Assembly: GCA_029261165.1 (NCBI GenBank)
Contig: JAJDBV010000001.1
Location: 62,569-126,568, forward strand
Source of the DNA: Nitrospirota bacterium
GTDB taxonomy: Bacteria; Nitrospirota; Nitrospiria; SBBL01; JAADHI01
Length of the DNA: 64,000 bases
Reading direction: 5' to 3'
This document shows positions 1 through 8,866 of this stretch, piece after piece. The position numbers and the translations under genes are program-made. Below the pieces are notes generated by a model. That model made no database searches. It was not told the DNA's origin and worked only from the letters and a program-made list of their open reading frames with translations. How positions within the stretch are numbered: position 1 is the stretch's first letter; the number at the start of each line of letters is the position of its first letter.

Positions 1-824
1 TCTAGTATCCGTGCTCCTCGAGGAAGCACTTCTTTGAATTCGTTGTAGAGTGTCTCTAAATCAATATTTTCCGTCCTTAATCGGTATTGTTCAGCATGTT
101 GATCGTAATATGCTATCGACGTATATTTTCCTTTCTGATAACCATCAGCGCTTTTAATAAGTTCTGCATTACCTTTTCCAAGGAGGGCATTTGACCGGTT
201 TTCTAAACGTAAAATTGCGCTCTCAAGAGCACCATCAATCGCCCGTGGGTATAAGATATCATCGTACGCTTCTGCTGGAGGGGATAATTTTCTTTGGAAA
301 GCAAGATTCAGAAACCTTATATGCGCACCCCATTGGCCTAAGAGTTCACGAAGCTCTGGCAGAGAAACCACTCCAGACTCGTTTTCTATCAATGCTAATG
401 ATTGCTTTCCGATGGATACTATTTGGTTAAGGAGGGACCTCTCATGACTTTTCAAGCCAAGGTCTTCCTTATCTTTATTTTTGATTAGGTACGATAAAGT
501 CCAGAAACGACGGCTTACATATGGGTGCTCGTTTTTTAAATCTTTCACAAATTTCCCATATAATATCCTTGATTCAATCCGTAGTTGTTTTAGAGGCCCA
601 TAGAAGTCTTTAAGCTTTCGATTTATCTCTTCACGCTCATCTTCTGATCGTCGTAGACGCAAATTTTCGCGCATTTGAGAATTATGTTCTGAGTTTTGGT
701 GGCGCTGGGACTTAATAAGACAAAAGTTAGCTATGGAACTAGCCAATACCGCAACAAGCCCAACAATAATTGGACCCCAAGCATTTATTTTTTCAATGTC
801 AAGAACGTTAGGATCCGCCATCAT
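1..824 (-). CDS. Hypothetical membrane-anchored helical protein whose C-terminal part (running off the left edge) looks like the start of a class I SAM-dependent methyltransferase domain; partial
   Basis: Own minus-strand translation from ATG at 824 (MMADPNVLDIEKINAWGPIIVGLVAVLASSIANF...) stays open to position 1. It is absent from the ORF track because it is edge-truncated. It has one N-terminal hydrophobic helix and a charged helical middle. The last residues, ...YYDQHAEQYRLRTENIDLETLYNEFKEVLPRGARILD, resemble the lead-in to MTase motif I. Confidence 0.5.
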   Translation of the reverse strand, partial: MMADPNVLDIEKINAWGPIIVGLVAVLASSIANFCLIKSQRHQNSEHNSQMRENLRLRRSEDEREEINRKLKDFYGPLKQLRIESRILYGKFVKDLKNEHPYVSRRFWTLSYLIKNKDKEDLGLKSHERSLLNQIVSIGKQSLALIENESGVVSLPELRELLGQWGAHIRFLNLAFQRKLSPPAEAYDDILYPRAIDGALESAILRLENRSNALLGKGNAELIKSADGYQKGKYTSIAYYDQHAEQYRLRTENIDLETLYNEFKEVLPRGARIL

Positions 825-1056
825 TTATCCCTTTATAAAAAAATCTAGTCTATTTTTTAGCTGTGAGGATGGGAGGTTCAACTAACTTCACCTTCCTACA
901 CATACTGGAATCCTGAGCAACACTCCTATCACCGAATCATACTGCCCGCCCAACTATATTGCAATCCTTCCCCCATTTTTCGCGTGCATACTCGCTATAT
1001 GTAGTATTTTAGGAATAAAAATATATAACGCGTAAAAACGAAAGCCCGAAGAAAAT

Positions 1057-1290
1057 CTACCTGTTAGTCGAGAGGTTTTTGTCCAGGATAAATTTATCAG
1101 GACTTTCCTGATAAGCTTTGATACAGGCAATACATATACAAGATTTTCCTTTTGAGTTTTCTGGGATCAAATTCTGTAGTGCCGGGGGGATCGTTACTTT
1201 GAAGCACCAACAAGGATCTTTACTGTGGGCCATACAGTTATTATTAGTCCCACAAAATGGGCAAATATTCTCATTGATTAATTTTTCCAT
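1057..1290 (-). CDS. Cysteine-rich CWC-family small protein
   Basis: 77-aa ORF with CPFCG..C...CWC...CICIAC cysteine spacing typical of Cys-rich CWC proteins. Confidence 0.6.
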   Translation of the reverse strand: MEKLINENICPFCGTNNNCMAHSKDPCWCFKVTIPPALQNLIPENSKGKSCICIACIKAYQESPDKFILDKNLSTNR

Positions 1291-1766
1291 TCAACACCAT
1301 CTTGAGCCTTCATCGATACAAAATCACTGCTGTCCCGTTAAGCGGGAAAAAGGGGGCCTGATTCTGAGCCGATTTAGTATGATATGGTTCGCACTAACTA
1401 TTTGAATCAGAAAGGATAATCAGGTCAAGATTCATTATGATACGCTCTTTTCAGATATATTTAAACTGGTTTCGAGGTATGAATTAGAACTTCTTTCTAA
1501 AGAACGCTCACAAGATAAATCTGTGGAGAAATAATCGCGTTGTATACAAGGTTTCAAATATGAGGAGGCTGTAGACATGGTGCTGCACAAGAGAATCAGG
1601 ACAAAGCCACTTGATTGACATGAGATATGGTGTTTGTAAGCAGGCAGGTTGTCGGAGGTGATGACGGTCTTGCGATAGTTAGGACTTGAGCACGGCCGAC
1701 GCCTTATATATAAGTTCGGCCTCTTCATGCGTTATTCCTTGTTCATTGATAACACAAGTGGCACTA

Positions 1767-2591
1767 TCAGGTACTCCTCTTTCCTTTAAAAATCAAATCG
1801 ATTTTCCTCCCATCCGCCCGGTACCAGGCATTATACAAACCGAGATGGTTATCAATATTCTGTATCGTGTTAAAAAGAAAGTAAGGAACAAGCTTTGTCA
1901 TTGGCCGGCTTTCGATAACCGCACGCTGTAGCCTCGCCATACGGTCGGATGTATGCGCCACGATCAGGAAGCCCACCGGCTCCTTGGTACCAACCGGGGC
2001 CAATACTTTTTTGATCTGCAAAAAGACAATCAATTTCTGGATGAACTCTGGCATATGCGTCGTCCCCGCATCGATCTCTACGATGTAGCTGAAATAGGAG
2101 CCATTTCGAAGCTGTACGGTAAAACGCAGATCCGGAATCCGCTTCTTTCTGGCCTTGTGAACCAGCTTGGCCAAGTCCTGATGATCATAAAGCCTGATCA
2201 CACGATACCGCGTTGGATCTCCCTCATATATTTTCCGGATTAATCGCGTCACGATCACCTCATGAAAAATAATCCGGGCATCCAATCGAACATGCCGAAC
2301 CCGGCCTGCCGGCATAATCCCCTCACTCCCCAATAGATTGATGCCCGCTTCAGCCAAAAAATAAACGGGGCGATGATCGCTTACCTTTCCCTGCATCCGT
2401 TTCGGACGTAAACAAGAGATAAATTTTGCATCGAGGAGTTTCTTCATCCTGCGAAGCAGGACCTTCCGAATCACCCGTTTTCCCTTTCCGACAAAGAACC
2501 GGACATGAAGATCGTCCTCAAACGCTGGGCCATATGCCAGATACTTAAAGACCTCGATATCCCGATCTGTCAGATGCATACCCTTAATCAT
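1767..2591 (-). CDS. Replication-relaxation family protein (wHTH N-terminus)
   Basis: 274 aa. The N-terminal LTDRDIEVFKYLAYGP... and C-terminal PDLRFTV...YIVEIDAGT pattern match replication-relaxation (Replic_Relax-like) proteins. The start overlaps the primase stop by 8 nt. Confidence 0.55.
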   Translation of the reverse strand: MIKGMHLTDRDIEVFKYLAYGPAFEDDLHVRFFVGKGKRVIRKVLLRRMKKLLDAKFISCLRPKRMQGKVSDHRPVYFLAEAGINLLGSEGIMPAGRVRHVRLDARIIFHEVIVTRLIRKIYEGDPTRYRVIRLYDHQDLAKLVHKARKKRIPDLRFTVQLRNGSYFSYIVEIDAGTTHMPEFIQKLIVFLQIKKVLAPVGTKEPVGFLIVAHTSDRMARLQRAVIESRPMTKLVPYFLFNTIQNIDNHLGLYNAWYRADGRKIDLIFKGKRST

Positions 2592-4323
2592 GTCCAGCGC
2601 TCCTGTCGTGTCCCGAAGTCTGAGACAGATGCTCGATGTCCGCTTTGATTTGCGCGAGATCTTTCAGTCTTGACGCGGAGAAAATAGCATCCACCTTCTT
2701 GATCAATGCCTTCGCTTTATTCGGATCGTTTCGAATCCGCTTGATCAGCACCGTATGACCTTCTGCCAGGCGATTGACATGCCAGAGTAACCCCGCTTTA
2801 GACAACCCCTTCGCCTGACAGACAAGACGTGCATAGGCTTTTAATAACAGCCGATTCATTTGAGCAAGCTCTCTATTTTTCTGGATCTCCGCCTTGAGTT
2901 TTACTTGAAGCGCACGGCATTTTTCCGTCTGATCAGAGGGGGCGACGATCTTGTTCCCTTTAGATTGATCAGCAATCTTCTCTTTGTTTTTATCCGTAGC
3001 CGTCTTGCTATGACGTGCACCATACTGCTCAATCGTCTTCAAGATATTTTCTTGCGGCAAGCCGCAGGCCTCGGATAAAACAATGAGCATCTCCTTTTTC
3101 TCCACCTCATCGGGAAAGCAATGCCATAGGGCGCCGATACCTTGTAAGGCCCTGTCCCGGTGCAAGGGGTTCTTCATGTCGTTCTGATTCCACATCGCGC
3201 CGACCATCCAGGGTCCGGCCTTGACCGGTGCGTCTATAACGGCCCGGATAACCTCCGGCCCTTTCTTGCAGATCAGTTCATCCGGGTCCTTGATGATCCG
3301 CGTTTCATCCTCCGGATCGCATGCTGCGATCTGCGCCACATAGAGAGAGAACTTGGCATCATCTTTCAATAAAACCCGAATCGCCCGATCCGTCCCTTCC
3401 CTGCCCGCACGATCGCTGTCAAACAAAAGAATCAAACGCTCAAAACGTGTGCACTCCAAGGCCGGGATGAACACCTCCTTAAAAGCACTGCCACCCAAGG
3501 CAATCACATTATGAATACCGACCGACCAGAGCTGAAGACAATCGACAATCCCCTCCACGATCACGAGTGTCCGGTCATCCGGAACCCGGCGCTTGGCATA
3601 AAAGAGATTGAAGGGCGATTCGGCCTGAAAATTTGCACTTTTTTTGTATTTCGGATATCTATCTTTTTCTGCAGGGGGAATAACTGCAAGCGCGTGTTTT
3701 GTCAGGGCGCCGACAAACCCTTCGATCCTTCCATCAAGACCACGCCAGCCAAAAAGAATGCGGTAGCGCCCTCCGAATCCTAAAGTCAGAATGCCCGAGG
3801 CCTTGATTGCATCATAGGCATATCCCTTCTTTTTCAGGTGCAAAATCAAGGCTGAGCGGTCCCTCAAATAGCCGACATCATGCCCCCTCAAGACTTGTGC
3901 AGATAATTTTCTCTCGGAAACCAGGTACTCCCAGAATGGCTTTGCCTCCGCCAGGGCCCAGTCTGCCTTGGCCTGCCGCATGATCTCTTCACGTATGTCT
4001 GTCTTTGTGCTTTTCGAAGCTTCGGGGAGTCGATATCCCACTTCGCATGCAAGGGTTTCCAGGGCAGAGCGGAGATCATACCCTTTCAGTTTTGCCAGAA
4101 AGGAAAACACATCGCCACCGGTCAACCTACCCGGACACTGAAAGCAGTTGAAGAGCTGTTTATCGACGGTAATGGAAAAACAGTGATGCCCCTTGCAAAA
4201 GGGGCACTCCGGGAGTTGGCGGTGATTTCCCCTCCCCGTCACCGTCATGCCGGTGAACTTTGCTATGATTTCGACAATGTCCACCTGGCGCTTGACCGCT
4301 TCAAAAGGGTTGATGTTTTTCAC
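2584..4323 (-). CDS. DNA primase (CHC2 zinc finger + Toprim) with coiled-coil C-terminus
   Basis: 579 aa. CHC2-type zinc finger CPFCKGHHCF...CFQC, Toprim-like VIVEGIVDC...LLFDSDRAGREG, and a long K/E/A-rich C-terminal helix. Confidence 0.8.
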   Translation of the reverse strand: MKNINPFEAVKRQVDIVEIIAKFTGMTVTGRGNHRQLPECPFCKGHHCFSITVDKQLFNCFQCPGRLTGGDVFSFLAKLKGYDLRSALETLACEVGYRLPEASKSTKTDIREEIMRQAKADWALAEAKPFWEYLVSERKLSAQVLRGHDVGYLRDRSALILHLKKKGYAYDAIKASGILTLGFGGRYRILFGWRGLDGRIEGFVGALTKHALAVIPPAEKDRYPKYKKSANFQAESPFNLFYAKRRVPDDRTLVIVEGIVDCLQLWSVGIHNVIALGGSAFKEVFIPALECTRFERLILLFDSDRAGREGTDRAIRVLLKDDAKFSLYVAQIAACDPEDETRIIKDPDELICKKGPEVIRAVIDAPVKAGPWMVGAMWNQNDMKNPLHRDRALQGIGALWHCFPDEVEKKEMLIVLSEACGLPQENILKTIEQYGARHSKTATDKNKEKIADQSKGNKIVAPSDQTEKCRALQVKLKAEIQKNRELAQMNRLLLKAYARLVCQAKGLSKAGLLWHVNRLAEGHTVLIKRIRNDPNKAKALIKKVDAIFSASRLKDLAQIKADIEHLSQTSGHDRSAGHD

Positions 4324-4348
4324 AATCGAGTTCTCTTTTCTTTCACTC

Positions 4349-4443
4349 GTTGACGGAGCCCCCTTGAAGATCGACGGTCAACAAAATAGAAAAACGACCA
4401 AAATACGATCATGAACTTTAACCGTCAACTGACAACCGTCAAC
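4349..4443. repeat. Cluster of GTCAAC-core repeats between traD stop and primase start
   Basis: GTTGACGG at 4349-4356 (inverted copy), GGTCAAC at 4376-4382, and AACCGTCAAC at 4420-4429 and 4434-4443 (14-bp spacing). Confidence 0.7.
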
Positions 4444-4464
4444 CGCAAACAATCCCTTCATACA

Positions 4465-6258
4465 TCATTGCCATCCCAGTATTTCTCCATCATCAGGATT
4501 CGGAGTGGCAGGTGGGGTGCCCTCAGACATTTCCGGCGGCAGCTCCGGCAAATCGAGATCTTTATATGAAGGAGCGACCAGGGGTTCATCGACGGGCCGA
4601 TAGGCCTTTGCAGGCAGACCGATCCTTTTTCTTATCCAACTCGTCTTAAACGAAGAGAGCTGTCTGACCTTAAACCCGCGCATCCCGCCTGAGAAGATGA
4701 GGGCTTGATCGAGCGGCAGGTTCTGAATTGTATCGGGCGTCTCAAGGGGCGTTTCGATATATCCGGTTGAGGTCGTCGAACCGCGTTTCATCGATCGAGA
4801 AACCCGTTTGTCTTTGATCAAGGTTTTTCCAAGCTGGTCACTTAAGCGTTTGCACGTCACCAGTTCACATCCCTGCAAATAGATGTTTGTCTTGGTGTTG
4901 ACGGCAATCGACGCCACCTCGTGTCGTTGATACCGGTAGAGCTGCTCCTCCGATTGCAGGCCGGTCACGATGCCAACCCGTGCGGAACGGGCCGTGTTTG
5001 CAAAATCAGCCATATCGGGCAGATGCAGGGCATAAAATTCATCCAAATAGAAAAAGAGGGAGGGGCCGTCTTTTTTTGTCCGGACCGGTTTGTCATAGAC
5101 TTTCATCATCAGGGCGCGGAGCAGGATCGATGCGGCCAGACGCGCCTTTGGGTTGCTGTGAGGACTGGCGATGATCAGGAGTGTCGGTTCACGGAAAAGG
5201 AGATCGAGATCGAGGTCCGGCCGGGAGAACGCGGCTGAGATCTCCGGTTCCGAAAAGAGATCAAGGCGATTCAAGATCCCGCTTAAAACATCCTGCAACC
5301 GATATTTATTGATAAAGAGTGGTTCGAATTTCTGCTGAAGCGAGGGGTTGCCGCAGTAGGTCACCGCTGCCTGCAAGGACGGCAGCCCCCTGAGCACGAG
5401 TTGGTAGACCATCGGCAAACAAACTTGGCTCCGATTTTTGTATCCCTGGATCAACTGACAGATCAACGTGAAAAGCCGCCGTTCCTGATCCGCAAACCAG
5501 ATCGAGCTGTCATCCCCGTCCGTATTCCGCTTCCCATAAACCACCTCCTCGATCCCTGAAATGAGGTCTTCACTCGCAGATCCAAGTGGCTCAAAACCGA
5601 TACAATGGGGATGAAAGGGATCAAAGAGGATCACTTTTTTCCCCTGTGCCTGCCATGCGCCCGCAATCGTTTCGTATCCTTCAGGGGATTTCACATCAAG
5701 CAGGATGGACGAACAGTCCCCTGAAGCATCTTCAATCAGTTGCGGAAAGATAAAACCGGTTGTCTTGCCGGTGCCTGCGCGTCCCATGATCCGGACATGT
5801 TCAAACCGGTCTTTTTCAGGAAGGGACAAGACGACGGAAAAGAAAAAGCGTCTTGTCCCCAATAGATATCGGTTCTTATCCGGAGGGACCCAGACAAACT
5901 CATATAAAATCCAAAACAGGAGTACCGACCCGATCATTGCGCCTCCAAGAACAAGGATGATCCGGCCCGGATCAGAAAATAAAGACCGGCCATGCAGGTG
6001 ATACCCCCATCCCAGGGCCGCGCTGACAAAGACGGCAAGGATCAGAAAGAAGGACAAAAGTGAGAGCGGAAAGCGGGCCCAATTTCCAAGGTGGCGCAGC
6101 AACTCGAAGGCCCCCGCATAACGGCCGGATCCCCTTCGGCCCGACCGTGCCGCACCGACAACAATCAAAAAAACAAGAAGACCGGCGATGAGAAAAAAAA
6201 AGACCTGGTCGGAAAAAAGCCCGCTGTTCATTATCGATTCGATTTGATTCATCTTCAT
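4465..6258 (-). CDS. traD: Type IV coupling protein (TraD/VirD4 family)
   Basis: 597 aa. N-terminal TM helices, Walker A GRAGTGKT, Walker B-like FFYLDEF. Located beside the primase and T4SS genes. Confidence 0.85.
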   Translation of the reverse strand: MKMNQIESIMNSGLFSDQVFFFLIAGLLVFLIVVGAARSGRRGSGRYAGAFELLRHLGNWARFPLSLLSFFLILAVFVSAALGWGYHLHGRSLFSDPGRIILVLGGAMIGSVLLFWILYEFVWVPPDKNRYLLGTRRFFFSVVLSLPEKDRFEHVRIMGRAGTGKTTGFIFPQLIEDASGDCSSILLDVKSPEGYETIAGAWQAQGKKVILFDPFHPHCIGFEPLGSASEDLISGIEEVVYGKRNTDGDDSSIWFADQERRLFTLICQLIQGYKNRSQVCLPMVYQLVLRGLPSLQAAVTYCGNPSLQQKFEPLFINKYRLQDVLSGILNRLDLFSEPEISAAFSRPDLDLDLLFREPTLLIIASPHSNPKARLAASILLRALMMKVYDKPVRTKKDGPSLFFYLDEFYALHLPDMADFANTARSARVGIVTGLQSEEQLYRYQRHEVASIAVNTKTNIYLQGCELVTCKRLSDQLGKTLIKDKRVSRSMKRGSTTSTGYIETPLETPDTIQNLPLDQALIFSGGMRGFKVRQLSSFKTSWIRKRIGLPAKAYRPVDEPLVAPSYKDLDLPELPPEMSEGTPPATPNPDDGEILGWQ

Positions 6259-6267
6259 TCTCCAATA

Positions 6268-7281
6268 TTATTGATGTTGCGAACTTACCGCCGATTTCTC
6301 CAAAGCGGGATGAAACGCTAAGGCCTCTCCTCCCTCCCGGATCAATTCGCTTATCCCTTCCGCAATCCTGATTTCAATGCCGTACCCTTCACGCCCCTCT
6401 GATCGCTCGGCAAGACAGGTCAGGCCGACCTGGCGCTCAGTTAGTGCCGGGAAAAGATCCGCCGGCAGCGGGTCGATTTCTTCCAGATGAAAATAGAGCG
6501 GCAAGGGCCGGCGTCCGGGTGGGTAAGAAAGAAGCTGATGCGCGATGGAAAGGAAGGCAAGCTGCAATAGTCGCCGTGATTCGGGAATCTCCATCGGGAG
6601 ACAAACGATCAGGACGCTTGGCTCGTGGTGGTAGATCGGCGCATAGGCTGTGGGGCGGGAAAAGAGCGCCTCAATCCGGGTCTCCTGAAAAAAAGAGAAG
6701 CGCGTATAGATCTCCCGCAGGACCTCTGCCTGATCATTATTGGAAAGCAAGTTGATCTGTTCCAAGAGCGCCAGATGCAAAGGGCTTTTCTGAAAGCGGA
6801 GCCATTCTTTCAGAGCGCGGAGTCCCAGACCCACTTGCCGATAGATGCCCGGCAGGGTGGCCTCCTTGCCCGGATCGTTGATCGCGATCTCAATAAGCGC
6901 CTTCAGTATCTTCCGTGCATTTAGATCATTCCCACGCGCTTCTTCTTTTCCAAAGAAGAAATCGGCCAACCACTCAGGTGACAACTGATCCGAGTGAAAG
7001 AGCGGATTGAGTGAAAGTGAATCAGGATGATTCGGCTTCAAACGCATGAAGACCTTGCTATCGGCGGTCATCGCTTCGATCCTCTCCACCACATCCGGAT
7101 TATGGGTGAAGACAATGGATGAGCAGCATTGTTCCGCCTCCCTTTGAAGCAGGTGCAACCAGAAGCGCCGGGTGACTTCTGCTTTGGAGGGGGTGATCAG
7201 CAGATGCCCCAAGCGCGCCTCCAAAGAGAGATATTTTCCGAGAAGATTTCTTCTTCCGATATAGATGCGATTGTTTCCCAT
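6268..7281 (-). CDS. Soluble, P-loop-degenerate paralogue of the adjacent coupling protein (T4CP-like pseudo-ATPase)
   Basis: 337 aa with no TM helix. It aligns segment by segment, by eye, with the TraD ATPase domain. GHLLITPSKAEVT stands in place of the Walker A, SLNPLF matches FEPLG, and EPSVLIVCLP...LYFHLEEIDPLP matches EPTLLIIASP...FFYLDEFYALHLP. There are 9 nt between its stop and the traD start. Confidence 0.45.
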   Translation of the reverse strand: MGNNRIYIGRRNLLGKYLSLEARLGHLLITPSKAEVTRRFWLHLLQREAEQCCSSIVFTHNPDVVERIEAMTADSKVFMRLKPNHPDSLSLNPLFHSDQLSPEWLADFFFGKEEARGNDLNARKILKALIEIAINDPGKEATLPGIYRQVGLGLRALKEWLRFQKSPLHLALLEQINLLSNNDQAEVLREIYTRFSFFQETRIEALFSRPTAYAPIYHHEPSVLIVCLPMEIPESRRLLQLAFLSIAHQLLSYPPGRRPLPLYFHLEEIDPLPADLFPALTERQVGLTCLAERSEGREGYGIEIRIAEGISELIREGGEALAFHPALEKSAVSSQHQ

Positions 7282-7316
7282 CGTTTCGCCTCCAGATATT
7301 TTCCCTTAATCATACA

Positions 7317-7405
7317 ACCGATTCTCATCCGAAAAAGATGGCGTTTTTGGCATTTTAGGGGGGTCATTTTGCCAAAAATGACATGATTTTCGGATGAGAA
7401 TCGGT
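7317..7405. promoter_or_regulatory. Perfect 19-bp inverted repeat with nested hairpins in the divergent intergenic region (candidate operator / oriT / single-strand initiation structure)
   Basis: ACCGATTCTCATCCGAAAA at 7317-7335 is the exact reverse complement of 7387-7405. The inner stem GTCATTTT (7363-7370) pairs with AAAATGAC (7375-7382). An alternative stem pairs TTTTTGGC (7345-7352) with GCCAAAAA (7371-7378). Confidence 0.5.
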
Positions 7406-7441
7406 GTTATCGTTTGCTCTGTTGGCAAGAGGAGCAAACAA

Positions 7442-8077
7442 ATGGTGTTCAGCATTTTTAATTTCAGAGGGAAGACAGCGCAACTTATGTTGCTCATGTG
7501 TACGTTCTGCTTTGTTCAGCAAAGCGCTGCGGCGGAGATCATCATGGAACCGTATCAATACCCATCAGAGAGTGCGATTCACTTTTCAGAAAGAGAAATG
7601 TTTGTCATCTGTGACTGTCCGGAAGCACAGGATCTGGCGCGTCATCTCGTCGCACCGCCCCTGGCCTTGAAGGCATCCTCTTCGAAAAAGGGGTCAAGCA
7701 AAACGGCCGTCTTGAAAAGATCAAAGGTGAAATCAAAACCGATCAAATACACCCTCTCTTTTGGATTTGATTCAGACCGGCTTTCTCCGGCGGCACTCCA
7801 AAAGCTGAACAAGGTCGTCCAAAAGATTAAATCCATGCCCGGCAGGAAAAGGATCGCAGTCCTCGGCTACACCTGTGAGATCGGACCGAAGATCTATAAC
7901 GACCGCTTGTCGTTGAGGCGGGCCGAATCGGTTGTGCGCCATCTCAAGGCACAGGGACTGCCGACCTTGGAAGCGGAAGGAAAGGGAAGCTGCTGTCCGG
8001 TCTCTAAAAAAATAGGGCTGAACCGCAGGGTGGAGATTCGGGTGGAAATCATTGACCCACAAGGAGAGCAATCATGA
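7442..8077 (+). CDS. OmpA/MotB-domain lipoprotein-like protein, first gene of the pilus operon
   Basis: C-terminal OmpA-type peptidoglycan-binding motif (FGFDSDRLSPAA...NDRLSLRRAESV...NRRVEI). Signal peptide from ATG 7442, preceded by AAGAGGAG. Confidence 0.75.
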   Translation: MVFSIFNFRGKTAQLMLLMCTFCFVQQSAAAEIIMEPYQYPSESAIHFSEREMFVICDCPEAQDLARHLVAPPLALKASSSKKGSSKTAVLKRSKVKSKPIKYTLSFGFDSDRLSPAALQKLNKVVQKIKSMPGRKRIAVLGYTCEIGPKIYNDRLSLRRAESVVRHLKAQGLPTLEAEGKGSCCPVSKKIGLNRRVEIRVEIIDPQGEQS

Positions 8078-8814
8078 AATCGAAACGATCTATTTTAATC
8101 ATTTCAGCCATCGCCATCATCTTCTATTTTGTACCGATCTTCACGCTTCAATCCGCCCACTCCCATGAAAAACCGCTGGATGCCGCTGAGACGATTCGGT
8201 CCCGTTTTCCAACCCTCAGGATCGACCGCATCGAAACAACAGAGATCGACGGCCTGTACGAGCTCACCCTCAAAGACGACATCCTCTACTACCATCCGGA
8301 TTCCGGCACAACCTTCTTCGGGGAACTCTGGAGTAAAGAAAAAAAGAACCTGACCGCGATACGGAAGGCGGCCCTTCAAACAGCGAAAATCAATGATCTC
8401 CCGTTTGACAAAGCGATCAAGATCGGGAACGGACCCCATACCGTCATAGAGATCGTCGACCCGGACTGCCCCTACTGCAGGAAGACCCATGCCTTTTTCA
8501 ACAAAAGGAAGGATCTGACACGATATGTCTTCCTCTATCCCATCACGCAGATTCATCCGGAGGCGGAAATCAAGTCGCTTTACATCCTCTGTTCTGAAAA
8601 CAGGCAAGAGGCCTATGAAGAGGCGCTCTCCGGCGGATTAGACGATCTTCCGCTGACTCCGTGCACGGATGAAGCGGTCACGGCGCTTCTTGATCAACAC
8701 AAACAGGTCGGAAAACAGCTCAATGTGCGGGGGACCCCCGCACTCTGGATCGACGGCCAGTTCGTTTCAGGGGCCGACTTTAAAAAAATCACTGAAATCC
8801 TGGATGGTCATTGA
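8074..8814 (+). CDS. dsbC: DsbC-like thiol:disulfide interchange protein
   Basis: 246 aa, signal peptide, thioredoxin active site DCPYC, DsbC/DsbG-like domain order. ATGA overlap with the upstream gene. Confidence 0.8.
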   Translation: MKSKRSILIISAIAIIFYFVPIFTLQSAHSHEKPLDAAETIRSRFPTLRIDRIETTEIDGLYELTLKDDILYYHPDSGTTFFGELWSKEKKNLTAIRKAALQTAKINDLPFDKAIKIGNGPHTVIEIVDPDCPYCRKTHAFFNKRKDLTRYVFLYPITQIHPEAEIKSLYILCSENRQEAYEEALSGGLDDLPLTPCTDEAVTALLDQHKQVGKQLNVRGTPALWIDGQFVSGADFKKITEILDGH

Positions 8815-8866
8815 TGGCAGGGAACAACAAGAAGAAGGAATTTACAACATCATAGGAGAATACAAC

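Noticed and set aside
1435-1728. 97-aa minus ORF and 81-aa plus ORF in the 477-bp gap between the CWC gene and the Replic_Relax gene
   Set aside because: They have no RBS and low-complexity Ser/Cys-rich translations, and they overlap each other. I treat the region as non-coding (possible promoter or regulatory region).
8669-8866. N-terminal extension of the pilin ORF. Similar long upstream extensions appear at 18968, 21731, 23142, 35382, 43370, 45244 and 41147.
   Set aside because: The extensions overlap the preceding gene or lack an RBS. Internal ATGs with good Shine-Dalgarno sequences and signal peptides give sensible proteins.
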